Source: an uncultured delta proteobacterium (lineage in GTDB: Bacteria > Desulfobacterota > Desulfomonilia > UBA1062). Taken from it: DNA of 64,000 nucleotides. Made by a program: the position numbers and the translations under genes. The stretch's first letter is position 1. The number at the start of each line of letters is the position of its first letter. The stretch covers positions 480,001 through 544,000 of the forward strand of contig CAWAUM010000001.1 of assembly GCA_963785235.1 (NCBI GenBank). The letters are read 5' to 3'. Shown here one piece after another: positions 45,947-54,842 of the stretch. Under the pieces are notes generated by a model. The model was not told the DNA's origin and did no database searches. It saw nothing but the letters and a program-made list of their open reading frames with translations.

Positions 45947-46178
45947 TGACAAGCTTAAGGCGTATGCCTCAATTGTCTTTGATGATTGTTTTGTTATCCG
46001 CGATTTGAGGGTTATCAGTGGGACGATGGGCTTATTCGTAGCAATGCCTTCCAGGAAGCGCAAAGACGGCTCCTTTAGGGACACTGCACATCCCCTGAAT
46101 ATGGAGACGAGGGATAAGATCGAAAAGTCCATACTCGAGTCCTACAAAGTAAGGATTGCCAACGAAGTACAATTCTAA
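45906..46178 (+). CDS. spoVG: SpoVG family protein
   Basis: MEITEVKV, KLKAYASIVFDDCFV, GLFVAMPSRK, DTAHP. Confidence 0.95.
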   Translation: MEITEVKVFPVKDNDKLKAYASIVFDDCFVIRDLRVISGTMGLFVAMPSRKRKDGSFRDTAHPLNMETRDKIEKSILESYKVRIANEVQF

Positions 46179-46214
46179 TATAGTCCCGTCCCGGTAACCG
46201 GATGTATTGAGTAC

Positions 46215-46288
46215 TGGGATGTCGTCTAATGGCAGGACACGAGATTTTGGATCTCGTTATGGAGGTTCGAATCCTCCCGTCCCAACCA
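46215..46288 (+). tRNA. tRNA-Gln(TTG)
   Basis: Cloverleaf TGGGATG...CGTCCCA-ACCA, anticodon arm CGAGA-TTTTGGA-TCTCG, T-loop GGTTCGAATCC, encoded CCA. Confidence 0.97.
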
Positions 46289-46372
46289 TATTCTGCAGTG
46301 TGAGACTCCCTTGGTGAAGTCGCTCGTAAAGAACATTCCGGGTGCCGTGATACTCCAGGAGGGAAATGAATT

Positions 46373-47314
46373 ATGAACTCTAGCATCTGTATCCTGACGG
46401 GGAACTCCAACCGGCCGTTGACCGAAAGCATCTGCAGTATCCTTGGCCTTGAGCTCGGCCGCGGAGATGTAAAGCGATTTTCCGATGGAGAGACATCGGT
46501 GGATATCCATGAGAGTATTCGCGGAAAGGACATCTTCATCGTTCAGTCCACCTGCTCACCCACGAACGAGCATCTCATGGAGCTCCTGGTTATGCTTGAT
46601 GCCACCAAGCGTGCATCAGCCAAAAGGGTCACGGCCGTAATCCCTTACTTCGGATATGCCAGGCAGGACCGGAAGGCATCGCCCAGGGCCCCCATCACTG
46701 CAAAGCTTGTTGCCAACCTGCTGACCGAGGCAGGGGCCGACAGGGTGCTCACCTTGGATCTCCATGCAGGCCAGATCCAGGGGTTTTTCGATATCCCTGT
46801 TGATAACCTCTATGCCAAGCCCGTCATGCTGGGCCATATCCGTGACAAGTATCCCAATGACCTGTGTATCGTGGCGCCTGATGCAGGGGGTGTGGAAAGG
46901 GCCAGGGCCTACGCCAAACCCCTGAAAGGCGAACTTGCCATCATCGACAAAAGGCGGGAGCGGGCCAACGAATCCAATGTGATGCACATCATCGGTGATG
47001 TAACGGGCAAGATATGCCTCATTGTGGACGATATGGTGGACACCGCAGGTACGTTGACCAGTGGCGCAACAGCCCTCATGGATGCCGGGGCCAGGAAGGT
47101 GGTGGCATGTTGCACTCATGCCGTACTTTCAGGCCCTGCTATCAGTCGTCTCAGCAATTCCGCCATAGAAAACCTCATTGTCACCGACACCATCATGTTG
47201 AAAGATGATGCTGTAGCATGCGGCAAGATCACGGTGCTCACCGTGGCGCCGCTCCTCGCCGAGGCCATCAAGCGCACCTATACGGGCTCATCGGTGAGCG
47301 AACTGTTCCTGTAA
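46373..47314 (+). CDS. prs: Ribose-phosphate pyrophosphokinase
   Basis: FSDGET, PYFGYARQDRK, DLHAGQIQGFF, VDDMVDTAGT. Confidence 0.98.
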   Translation: MNSSICILTGNSNRPLTESICSILGLELGRGDVKRFSDGETSVDIHESIRGKDIFIVQSTCSPTNEHLMELLVMLDATKRASAKRVTAVIPYFGYARQDRKASPRAPITAKLVANLLTEAGADRVLTLDLHAGQIQGFFDIPVDNLYAKPVMLGHIRDKYPNDLCIVAPDAGGVERARAYAKPLKGELAIIDKRRERANESNVMHIIGDVTGKICLIVDDMVDTAGTLTSGATALMDAGARKVVACCTHAVLSGPAISRLSNSAIENLIVTDTIMLKDDAVACGKITVLTVAPLLAEAIKRTYTGSSVSELFL

Positions 47315-47321
47315 AGCGGGA

Positions 47322-47446
47322 TTTTGCGTTTAGGATGTGTAAAAACTTAATCCGTTCAAATCAGTCACCTTGCAGCCTTTAAGGACCGGGGAATTTAGCA
47401 TTCTCCTAAGGCTGCAAGATGACTGATTTGAACGGACCTATTAAAA
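47322..47446 (+). repeat. Dispersed palindromic element, copy 2 of 3
   Basis: 29-bp inverted repeat (47351-47379 / 47408-47436, one mismatch); loop contains AGGACCG. Confidence 0.9.
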
Positions 47447-47464
47447 ATATTTCTTTGGCGTTCC

Positions 47465-48967
47465 CTACATGCCCTGTCCCATTTCAGGCCTGAACTGAAG
47501 CGCCTCTGCGATGTGCTCACCCCGGATGTCAGGGCACCTTTCAAGGTCGGCGATGGTCCTGGCTACCTTGATGACCCGGGTGAATCCCCTCATACTCAGG
47601 TTATATCTCTTCATGGCAGCTATGAGGAGCGCTTTTGACGTCTGGTCGATTTTGCAGTTCTCTTCGAGATGGTTATCAGGTGTCTTTGCATTCAGAACGC
47701 CTCTGCTTATCTGAGTAGAACGTGCCGCCACAACCCGCTCACGCACGAGCCCGGACGATGGCTTTCCCCTGGGGGCCAGCACGTTTTCGGCATCCACCGG
47801 GTCCACCCAGACATGGAGGTCGATGCGGTCCATGAGAGGCCCTGATAGGCGTGAGCGGTATTTGTTTACCAAGAGAGGCGGGCATCTGCATTCCCGTGCC
47901 GGGTGCCCGAGATATCCGCACGGGCAGGGGTTCAAGGCAGTCACGAGCTGGAAACTCGTCTTAAAGGTGCAGGAGAAGTTCGCTCGCGAGACAGTCACCT
48001 GTCCATCCTCCAAAGGCTGGCGCATGGACTCCAGGGCGCTTCGTCTGAATTCAAGGAGTTCGTCAAGAAAGAGGACCCCATTGTGGGCAAGGCTCACCTC
48101 TCCCGGTGTCGGTATGTTTCCTCCACCGATGAGCCCGGCGTCCGAAATGGTATGGTGTGGTGCTCTGAAGGGTCGGATGCTTACGATGGTGTTTTTCTTA
48201 AGCTTGCCGGCAGCGGAATAGATAGAGGTACACTCGAGGATCTCCTCTTTGGTCAGGGGAGGCATGATGGTTGGCAGCCGTTTTGCCAGCATGGATTTGC
48301 CTGCGCCGGGAGGGCCGACCATGAGGAGATTATGACCTCCTGCCGCGGCAATCTCCAGGGCACGTTTGGCAAGGGCCTGTCCCCTGACCTCTGAAAGGTC
48401 CAGTGGCCCGGAGTCTTGTGGTCCACGTTCCGTCTGTGGTGCCTTCCACGGGGCTATCTCTTCGCCCCTGAGGATTGCAAAGGCATCTTTGAGGTTTTTC
48501 ACCGGCAGGACTTCAACCTCTGCAAGTTGTGCCTCATGGGCGTTGGCGGCCGGGCAGATGATGCCTTTGAGCCCCATGCGCCTGGTGAGAAAAGCCGCTA
48601 GGATCACACCGCGCACGGGTCGGACACTGCCGTCAAGACCAAGCTCACCCATGATGAGATAAGTGCTCAGAATTTCCCTGGGTATCAGGCCCAAGGCAGA
48701 CAGGATGGCCACGGCAACGGGGAGGTCGAAGGTCCCCCCTTCTTTTCTCACATCCGCAGGGGCAAGGTTCACCGTGACGCGCCTGGGTGGAAAGTCTAGG
48801 CCTGAATTGAGAATGGCCGATCTGACCCGTTCTCTGCTTTCCTTGACCGAGCTGTCGGGCAGACCTACGATGGATATGCTCGGCAGACCTCCCTGAATGT
48901 CAGCTTCCACAACAACACCAAGCGCCTCAGTCCCCCACAGGGTGGCTGATTGTACGCTCGCCATCAT
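47465..48967 (-). CDS. comM: YifB/ComM Mg-chelatase-like AAA+ ATPase
   Basis: VGLPD..VKESRERV, NLAPAD, GPPGAGKSM, RPFRAPHH, GEVSLAHNGVLFLDE, NPCPCG; intact. Confidence 0.93.
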   Translation of the reverse strand: MMASVQSATLWGTEALGVVVEADIQGGLPSISIVGLPDSSVKESRERVRSAILNSGLDFPPRRVTVNLAPADVRKEGGTFDLPVAVAILSALGLIPREILSTYLIMGELGLDGSVRPVRGVILAAFLTRRMGLKGIICPAANAHEAQLAEVEVLPVKNLKDAFAILRGEEIAPWKAPQTERGPQDSGPLDLSEVRGQALAKRALEIAAAGGHNLLMVGPPGAGKSMLAKRLPTIMPPLTKEEILECTSIYSAAGKLKKNTIVSIRPFRAPHHTISDAGLIGGGNIPTPGEVSLAHNGVLFLDELLEFRRSALESMRQPLEDGQVTVSRANFSCTFKTSFQLVTALNPCPCGYLGHPARECRCPPLLVNKYRSRLSGPLMDRIDLHVWVDPVDAENVLAPRGKPSSGLVRERVVAARSTQISRGVLNAKTPDNHLEENCKIDQTSKALLIAAMKRYNLSMRGFTRVIKVARTIADLERCPDIRGEHIAEALQFRPEMGQGM

Positions 48968-49097
48968 GATGATGCCATTTTAACAGAAGCATAAGGGAGA
49001 AGTCCAGATCATGAATACGCTTGTTTGAAGCTTCAGTTTGTATTTTGTTGCATATATTACTAAAAATACAAAGGAAAAAAAATGTCTACACTGGCTA

Positions 49098-49125
49098 TTG
49101 ACAATGACTTTGTCAGAACTACTAT
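49098..49125 (+). promoter_or_regulatory. Sigma-70-type promoter with an overlapping palindrome
   Basis: TTGACA-N16-TACTAT with A-tracts upstream; TGACAA-N5-TTGTCA palindrome at 49099-49115. Confidence 0.6.
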
Positions 49126-49130
49126 ACAGG

Positions 49131-49341
49131 GTACGAATGCGTAAAGGCCGTGGTTTGGTCTGGCGCGTTAAGGCTGGGCGAGACAAGTCGTGGCGTGGTG
49201 AGGCACGACAAAACAAGGCGTGGTAGGGCCGCGCAGGGCAAAATTAATGACCCTGTTTGACTGAATGACCTTTACACCCCAGTCAGCCGACCAAAACTTT
49301 GCGCATTCACAAAGGGCGGGCTATCATGGCTCGCCCTTTTT
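49131..49341 (+). ncRNA. Putative ~200-nt non-coding RNA containing a GGY-NN pentamer array
   Basis: 19 in-phase 5-mers at 49147-49241; the 5' end (49135-49146) pairs with 49297-49308; own promoter-like site and terminator. Confidence 0.6.
49311..49341 (+). terminator. Intrinsic terminator
   Basis: AAAGGGCGGGC-TATCATG-GCTCGCCCTTTTT. Confidence 0.85.
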
Positions 49342-49356
49342 CGTTAAAACCGGATT

Positions 49357-49482
49357 TTTTCATTTGAGAAGAGTAAAAAAACCTGATCCGTTCAAAACCT
49401 TCATCTTGCAGCCTCCAGGACCGAGAAAATTAACGTTCCACATAGGCTGCAAGATGAAGGTTTTGAACGGATCTATTTAAAA
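49357..49482 (+). repeat. Dispersed palindromic element, copy 3 of 3
   Basis: Perfect 30-bp inverted repeat (49385-49414 / 49444-49473); 29-nt loop contains AGGACCG. Confidence 0.9.
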
Positions 49483-49658
49483 AAACCATGATCACTATGA
49501 GGGTTATGCTTAAGCTCATCAGAAATGCATGAAGTAATTATGGGGACATCCAAACGTAAAATTTCGGATAAACTAGCACATGCGTATCGCTTCTTGAAAA
49601 CCAGGCCCATTAGTGTAATACTTTAATTCTACATGTCCTAAAAACGAGAGGAATTGCC

Positions 49659-51319
49659 ATGCGAAGCGATCAGACGAAAAAATCCATTGAAAAGGCGCCG
49701 CACCGTTCATTGCTTAAGGCCTGCGGCCTGACGGATGAGGAGATAAGCCGTCCCTTTGTGGGCATCGTGAATTCAGCCAATGAAATCATCCCCGGCCACA
49801 TCCATCTGCGCCAGATCGCTGATGCCGTAAAGGCGGGCGTTCGAATGGCAGGAGGCACGCCCATGGAGTTTCCGGTTATCGGCATCTGTGACGGCATTGC
49901 CATGAACCATGCCGGCATGAAGTACTCTTTGCCCTCCCGGGAGATCATTGCCGATTCCATCGAGCTTGTGGCCATGGCCCATGCCTTTGATGCATTAGTG
50001 TTCATCCCAAACTGCGACAAGGTAGTGCCCGGCATGCTCATGGCGGCCTTAAGGCTCAATGTCCCGTGTGTGGTGGTCTCCGGCGGTCCCATGCTGGCAG
50101 GCATGCATCGCGGCAAGAGCGTTGACCTCATCAGCGTGTTCGAGGGTGTGGGAAGGGTCAAGGCAGGCACCATGAGCCCCTCCGAGCTCGTAGAGCTGGA
50201 AGGGTGCGCCTGCCCTGGTGCCGGGTCATGTGCGGGCATGTTCACGGCGAACTCCATGAACTGCCTCACCGAGGCCCTGGGCTTGGGCCTGCCGGGTAAT
50301 GGCACCATCCCTGCGGTGTTATCAGAGCGTATCCGACTGGCCAAGCATGCAGGCATGAAGGTTATGGAGCTGCTGGAAAAGGGGATAAGCCCGAGAGATA
50401 TTGCAACCCCTTCTGCCTTCAAGAACGCCATCGCCGTAGACATGGCGCTCGGCTGTTCCACCAACACCGTGCTTCACGTGCCTGCGGTTGCACATGAGGC
50501 GGGCATCGCGCTGAGCCTTGAGGATTTTAACATCATGAGCTCCAAGGTGCCGCATCTGTGCTCGCTCTCTCCTGCAGGGCCTCACCACCTTGAGGACCTG
50601 TACCGCGCAGGCGGTGTCCAGGCCGTTATGAAACGCCTTGCCGAAATAAAGGTGCTGAACACCAAGGTGATGACCGCAACAGGCAAGACCCTTGGCACTA
50701 ATCTTAAAGCCGCGTGTATACTGGACGACGATGTCATCCGGCCCATTGCAAAGGCCTATCATAAAGAGGGTGGCATCGCCATTTTGCGGGGAACACTGGC
50801 CCCTGACGGTGCCGTGGTGAAGCAGTCCGGCGTGCTGCCCGAGATGATGAAGCGTAAAGGCAAGGCCCGGGTGTTCGATTCGGAAGAAAAGGCCACCAAG
50901 GTGATCCTGGCAGGCGGAATAAAAAAGGGCGATATCGTTATCATCAGGTATGAAGGCCCCAAGGGCGGCCCGGGCATGCGGGAGATGCTCACCCCCACCT
51001 CGGCCATAGCCGGCATGGGTCTCGACAAGGACGTGGCGCTGATCACCGACGGCAGGTTCTCGGGCGGCACCAGGGGCGCAGCCATCGGCCACTGCTCGCC
51101 TGAGGCGGCCGCAAGGTGGGCCAATAGCACTGGTAAAAGAAGGCGACAGCATCCATATAGATATACCGGGGCGCAGGCTCGACCTGATGGTTGATGATGC
51201 CGAGCTCGCGCGCAGGAAGAAGGCATGGAAACCACCCAAACAGGAGGCTCAAAGGCGTGCTAAAACGCTACGCCCGCATGAGCCTGTCTGCTGACAAGGG
51301 CGCACGGTACGAGGACTGA
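49659..51319 (+). CDS. ilvD: Dihydroxy-acid dehydratase; frameshifts near 51115 and 51247
   Basis: [45 protein letters not shown]. The C-terminus GGPIALV...SADKGA lies in shifted frames. Confidence 0.95.
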
Positions 51320-52333
51320 TGAAGCAGGCCCGTTTCTGGGTAAAGGCGGATGAGGACAAGGTGCGATGTTTTCTGTGCGCACACCGGTGCCTCATTGCCC
51401 ATGGAAAGACCGGTGTCTGCGGGGTCAGGAAAAACGAGGCAGGTGTGCTTTACAGCCTTGTGTGGGGAAAGAGCATCTCGGCCAATGTTGATCCCATTGA
51501 AAAGAAGCCCCTGTTCCATTTTCTTCCGGGCTCAAGGTCTTTTTCCATTGCTACCGTGGGGTGCAACTTCAAGTGCGCCTTCTGCCAGAACAGTGATATC
51601 TCCCAGTTCCCTGGCGAAACGGGCCATATTACCGGAGAAGACTTTTTGCCTGAAGCAGTGGTTGCAGTCGGCCGTGAGAAACGGTTGCAGGAGTATCTCG
51701 TATACCTATACCGAACCAACCATCTACCTGGAGTATGCCCTCGATACGGCGGTGGCGGCCAAAGAACAGGGCCTGTTCAATGTCATGGTCACCAATGGCT
51801 ACACCACAACCGAGGTGATTGGAAACAGCCTGAAGGGCACCATCCATGCCGCCAACATCGACCTCAAGGCCTTCACCGAGGGTTTCTACAAGAAGCTGTG
51901 CTCGGCTAGGCTGGCCCCGGTTCTTGATGCCATAAAGGCCTATCATGATGCAGGCATCTGGATCGAGATCACCACGCTCATCATTCCCGGAGAAAACGAT
52001 TCTGATGAAGAACTGCGTGACATCGCCTCCTTCATCTACTCAATCAGCCCTGATATTCCCTGGCACATCAGCAGGTACTACCCCCGCTACAAATACGACC
52101 AAGCACCGCCCACACCGATAAATACAATCGAGAAGGCGCGGGAAATCGGATTGAGCGAAGGGCTGCATTTCGTGTATAGTGGAAATGTTATGGGGCATGA
52201 CGGGGAAAACACCTACTGCCCGGACTGCAAGAAGCTGATCATTGCACGCAAGGGTTTCGTCATTGAGCACCTCCATATGAGGGGCCATGCGTGCGGATAC
52301 TGCAAACATACCATACCGGGGAGATTCCACTAA
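51319..52333 (+). CDS. amrS: AmmeMemoRadiSam system radical SAM enzyme (PFL-AE-like); frameshift near 51670
   Basis: CFLCAHRC...CGVR, DPIEKKPLFHF.PG, GCNFKCAFCQN, YTYTEP, IDLK, TYCPDC. Confidence 0.88.
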
Positions 52334-52369
52334 GACCCAGGTAAATTCATGCAACAGGCAAGGAAGAAG

Positions 52370-53731
52370 ATGCCAAGAAAAAAGCAAGCTCACAAAGATG
52401 TACTGGCCAACAAACTCAAATCAGGATGGGAGATCCTCCAGGGAAAAGAGGGAAAGATAGATTCATACTGCCTCGGGTATCTCTCGTTTCTTTCCCAGGT
52501 GAAGACCGAACGGGAGGCTGTCAGCTACATCATGGAAAAGGCGGCCCGGGACAAGGGACTCATTGTTTTTGAGAACCGCGGTAAGGCCCTTGCCCTCTGC
52601 CGGGTCGGCACGAGGCCGCTGGCTGATGGGGTTAGGATCGTGGTGGCCCATCTCGACAGCCCCCGAATCGATCTGAAGGCAAACCCGCTGTACGAGGACA
52701 CCGAACTTGCCATGCTCAAGACACACTACTACGGCGGGATCAAGAAATACCAGTGGCTTGCCAGGCCTCTCGCCCTGCACGGCGTTGTGGTCAAGGCCGA
52801 TGGCAAACCGGTAAGGATCGTTTTCGGCGAGGATGAGAACGAGCCCTGCCTGATCATCGAGGACCTGCTGCCCCATCTCGCAGGCAAGGCACAGTACGGC
52901 AAGAAGCTGGAAGACGCCTTTGTGGGCGAGAAGCTCAACCTTATCTGTGGCTCCAGGCCGGACCTTAAGGCCAAGGAGGATAAGGTCAAAGGCCAGATCC
53001 TTACGCTGCTGAATAAGAAATACGGGATCATGGAGCAGGACTTCGTCTCTGCCGACCTTGAAATTGTCCCTGCAGGCCCTGCCCGGGAGGTGGGTCTTGA
53101 TGCCTCGATGATCGGGGCGTATGGACACGATGACCGCGTCTGTTCCTGGGCGGCCTTTGCAGCAGTACTCGATGTAAGGAAGGTGCCCGTTACCACCATA
53201 GTGCTGCTGGTTGACAAGGAAGAGATCGGCAGCGACGGCAATACGGGCGCCAAGAGCATGTTCATCGAGGAGGTCCTGTGGGCGCTGGGAGAAAAGCTCA
53301 AGCAGGACATCAATCCTGCGCGTGTCCTGTTCAGGAGCAAGGCGATCTCGGGCGATGCCAACGGCGCGCTTGACCCGGACTATCCCGAGGTGCACGAGAA
53401 GGCCAATGCAGCACGTATGGGCTATGGCATATGTGTGACCAAGTTCACCGGGGCACGTGGAAAAGTTGGTTCCAGCGAGGCACACGCGGAGTATATCGGC
53501 TGGCTCAGGTCTGTCCTGAACAGAAAAGGCGTCCCCTGGCAGACCGGCGAGCTTGGCAAGGTGGATGAGGGGGGAGGGGGGACAGTGGCGAAATTCCTCG
53601 CAGAGTACGGCATGGACATCGTTGATGCAGGACCGCCGCTGCTTTGTATGCATGCACCCTTCGAGCTTGCTTCCAAGGTGGATTGTTACTCCACCTACCT
53701 GGCCTACCGGGCATTCATGGAGGAGTCATGA
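52370..53731 (+). CDS. M18 family aminopeptidase
   Basis: AHLDSPRIDLK, HYYGGIKKYQW, GHDDR, DKEEIGS, MHAP.E. Confidence 0.92.
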   Translation: MPRKKQAHKDVLANKLKSGWEILQGKEGKIDSYCLGYLSFLSQVKTEREAVSYIMEKAARDKGLIVFENRGKALALCRVGTRPLADGVRIVVAHLDSPRIDLKANPLYEDTELAMLKTHYYGGIKKYQWLARPLALHGVVVKADGKPVRIVFGEDENEPCLIIEDLLPHLAGKAQYGKKLEDAFVGEKLNLICGSRPDLKAKEDKVKGQILTLLNKKYGIMEQDFVSADLEIVPAGPAREVGLDASMIGAYGHDDRVCSWAAFAAVLDVRKVPVTTIVLLVDKEEIGSDGNTGAKSMFIEEVLWALGEKLKQDINPARVLFRSKAISGDANGALDPDYPEVHEKANAARMGYGICVTKFTGARGKVGSSEAHAEYIGWLRSVLNRKGVPWQTGELGKVDEGGGGTVAKFLAEYGMDIVDAGPPLLCMHAPFELASKVDCYSTYLAYRAFMEES

Positions 53732-54372
53732 AGGAAAGGAATCTTGCCCATATGGGATCGTTGCTGGGCGGCGTTGTCCATAACCTCAATACGCCCCTGA
53801 TGTGGGTCATGGGAAGGGCACAGCTCCTCCAGTCAAGAAATGAAAACTTCGAAACAATGAAAAACCTCTCTGAAGAGGAACTCGCCAAAACCAAGCAGAA
53901 GAACGACAAGGACATCACATCCATCCTTGAAGGGGCTGATAAGATCGACTTCATCCTCAAGGGCCTCGGTTATAAGATCCAGATGGTCAATGAGGGATAT
54001 ACCTCAGTGGAACTCCGGGAATACCTGGAGATGGAAGTGAACTTCCTCATGGCCGATATGCGTTTCAAGCACGACACCAAGCGCGATATTGCGTATGGTC
54101 CGCGCTCCTACTATGCCAAAGTGGATTACAATGCGCTGTCCGGGGCCGTGTCGGGAACCATCAATACCATGATGGATTACACGGAAAAAGGCCGTTCCAT
54201 CAAAATTTCTCTCGACAACGGGATCATACATATCAGCTGCGCTGAGCTGAAGATGGATGACAAGGTCCGCAGCGAGATCGATGAGGCCTGCAGTGGCCTT
54301 TCGCCTGTGGCGGATGTACTTTTGGATGATACGAACGGCCTGAAGGTTACTATTGCCCTGAAGGACCTCTAA
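53728..54372 (+). CDS. Sensor-less histidine-kinase-like protein (HisKA H-box, degenerate ATPase domain)
   Basis: [20 protein letters not shown]-box; only a DNG remnant, no recognisable F or G2 boxes. Confidence 0.65.
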   Translation: MKERNLAHMGSLLGGVVHNLNTPLMWVMGRAQLLQSRNENFETMKNLSEEELAKTKQKNDKDITSILEGADKIDFILKGLGYKIQMVNEGYTSVELREYLEMEVNFLMADMRFKHDTKRDIAYGPRSYYAKVDYNALSGAVSGTINTMMDYTEKGRSIKISLDNGIIHISCAELKMDDKVRSEIDEACSGLSPVADVLLDDTNGLKVTIALKDL

Positions 54373-54842
54373 TGCCTTCTTTTCAGGTGATCAGCTGCCC
54401 GAACTGCGGTCACAGCATAAAGACCTTCCGTAATCCGGTACCCACGGTGGATGTGATTATTGAGTATGAAGGCGGTGTCGTGCTTATACTCAGGAAGAAT
54501 CCACCTCCGGGATGGGCCTTGCCTGGCGGGTTTGTAGACTATGATGAGACCGTGGATGCAGCCGTAATGAGAGAGGCCAAAGAAGAGACAAACCTCGACC
54601 TGGCAGGGCTCACAATGTTTTCCGTATACTCCGATCCCGCACGCGACCCTAGGCAGCATACCATTACCACGGTGTTTGTTGCACAGGGCCGTGGACAGTT
54701 GAAAGGGGGAGATGACGCATCGCAAGCACAGGTGTTCATGCTTGAACACCTTCCTGAGCTCGCATTTGATCACAACAAGATCCTAAAGGATTATCAGGCA
54801 TGGAAACATGGCCGGGACATGGGGCTTACCTATAAAAAATGA
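54372..54842 (+). CDS. Nudix hydrolase
   Basis: [35 protein letters not shown]. Confidence 0.92.
   Translation: MPSFQVISCPNCGHSIKTFRNPVPTVDVIIEYEGGVVLILRKNPPPGWALPGGFVDYDETVDAAVMREAKEETNLDLAGLTMFSVYSDPARDPRQHTITTVFVAQGRGQLKGGDDASQAQVFMLEHLPELAFDHNKILKDYQAWKHGRDMGLTYKK

Noticed and set aside
45906-46178. spoVG as a sporulation gene or horizontal transfer from Firmicutes
   Set aside because: spoVG near ispE/prs is a normal arrangement in deltaproteobacteria.
46215-46288. tRNA-Gln as an integration site
   Set aside because: It is flanked by core genes, and no duplicated 3' end or adjacent integrase was seen.
49137-49226. Short ORF MRKGRGLVWRVKAGRDKSWRGEARQNKAW as an attenuator leader peptide for ilvD
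   Set aside because: It is not enriched in Ile/Leu/Val, has no clear RBS, and its composition follows from the 5-nt periodicity. The terminator is separated from ilvD by a repeat element and about 300 bp.
49147-49241. CsrA/RsmA-sponge sRNA or CRISPR array
   Set aside because: The repeats are GGY, not GGA in hairpin loops, and there is no 25-40-bp repeat-spacer structure or cas gene.
52463-53653. Long antisense ORFs (also 27886-28869, 49670-50467, 50322-51239, 61256-61939)
   Set aside because: They are shadows of GC-rich sense-strand genes and carry no recognisable motifs.
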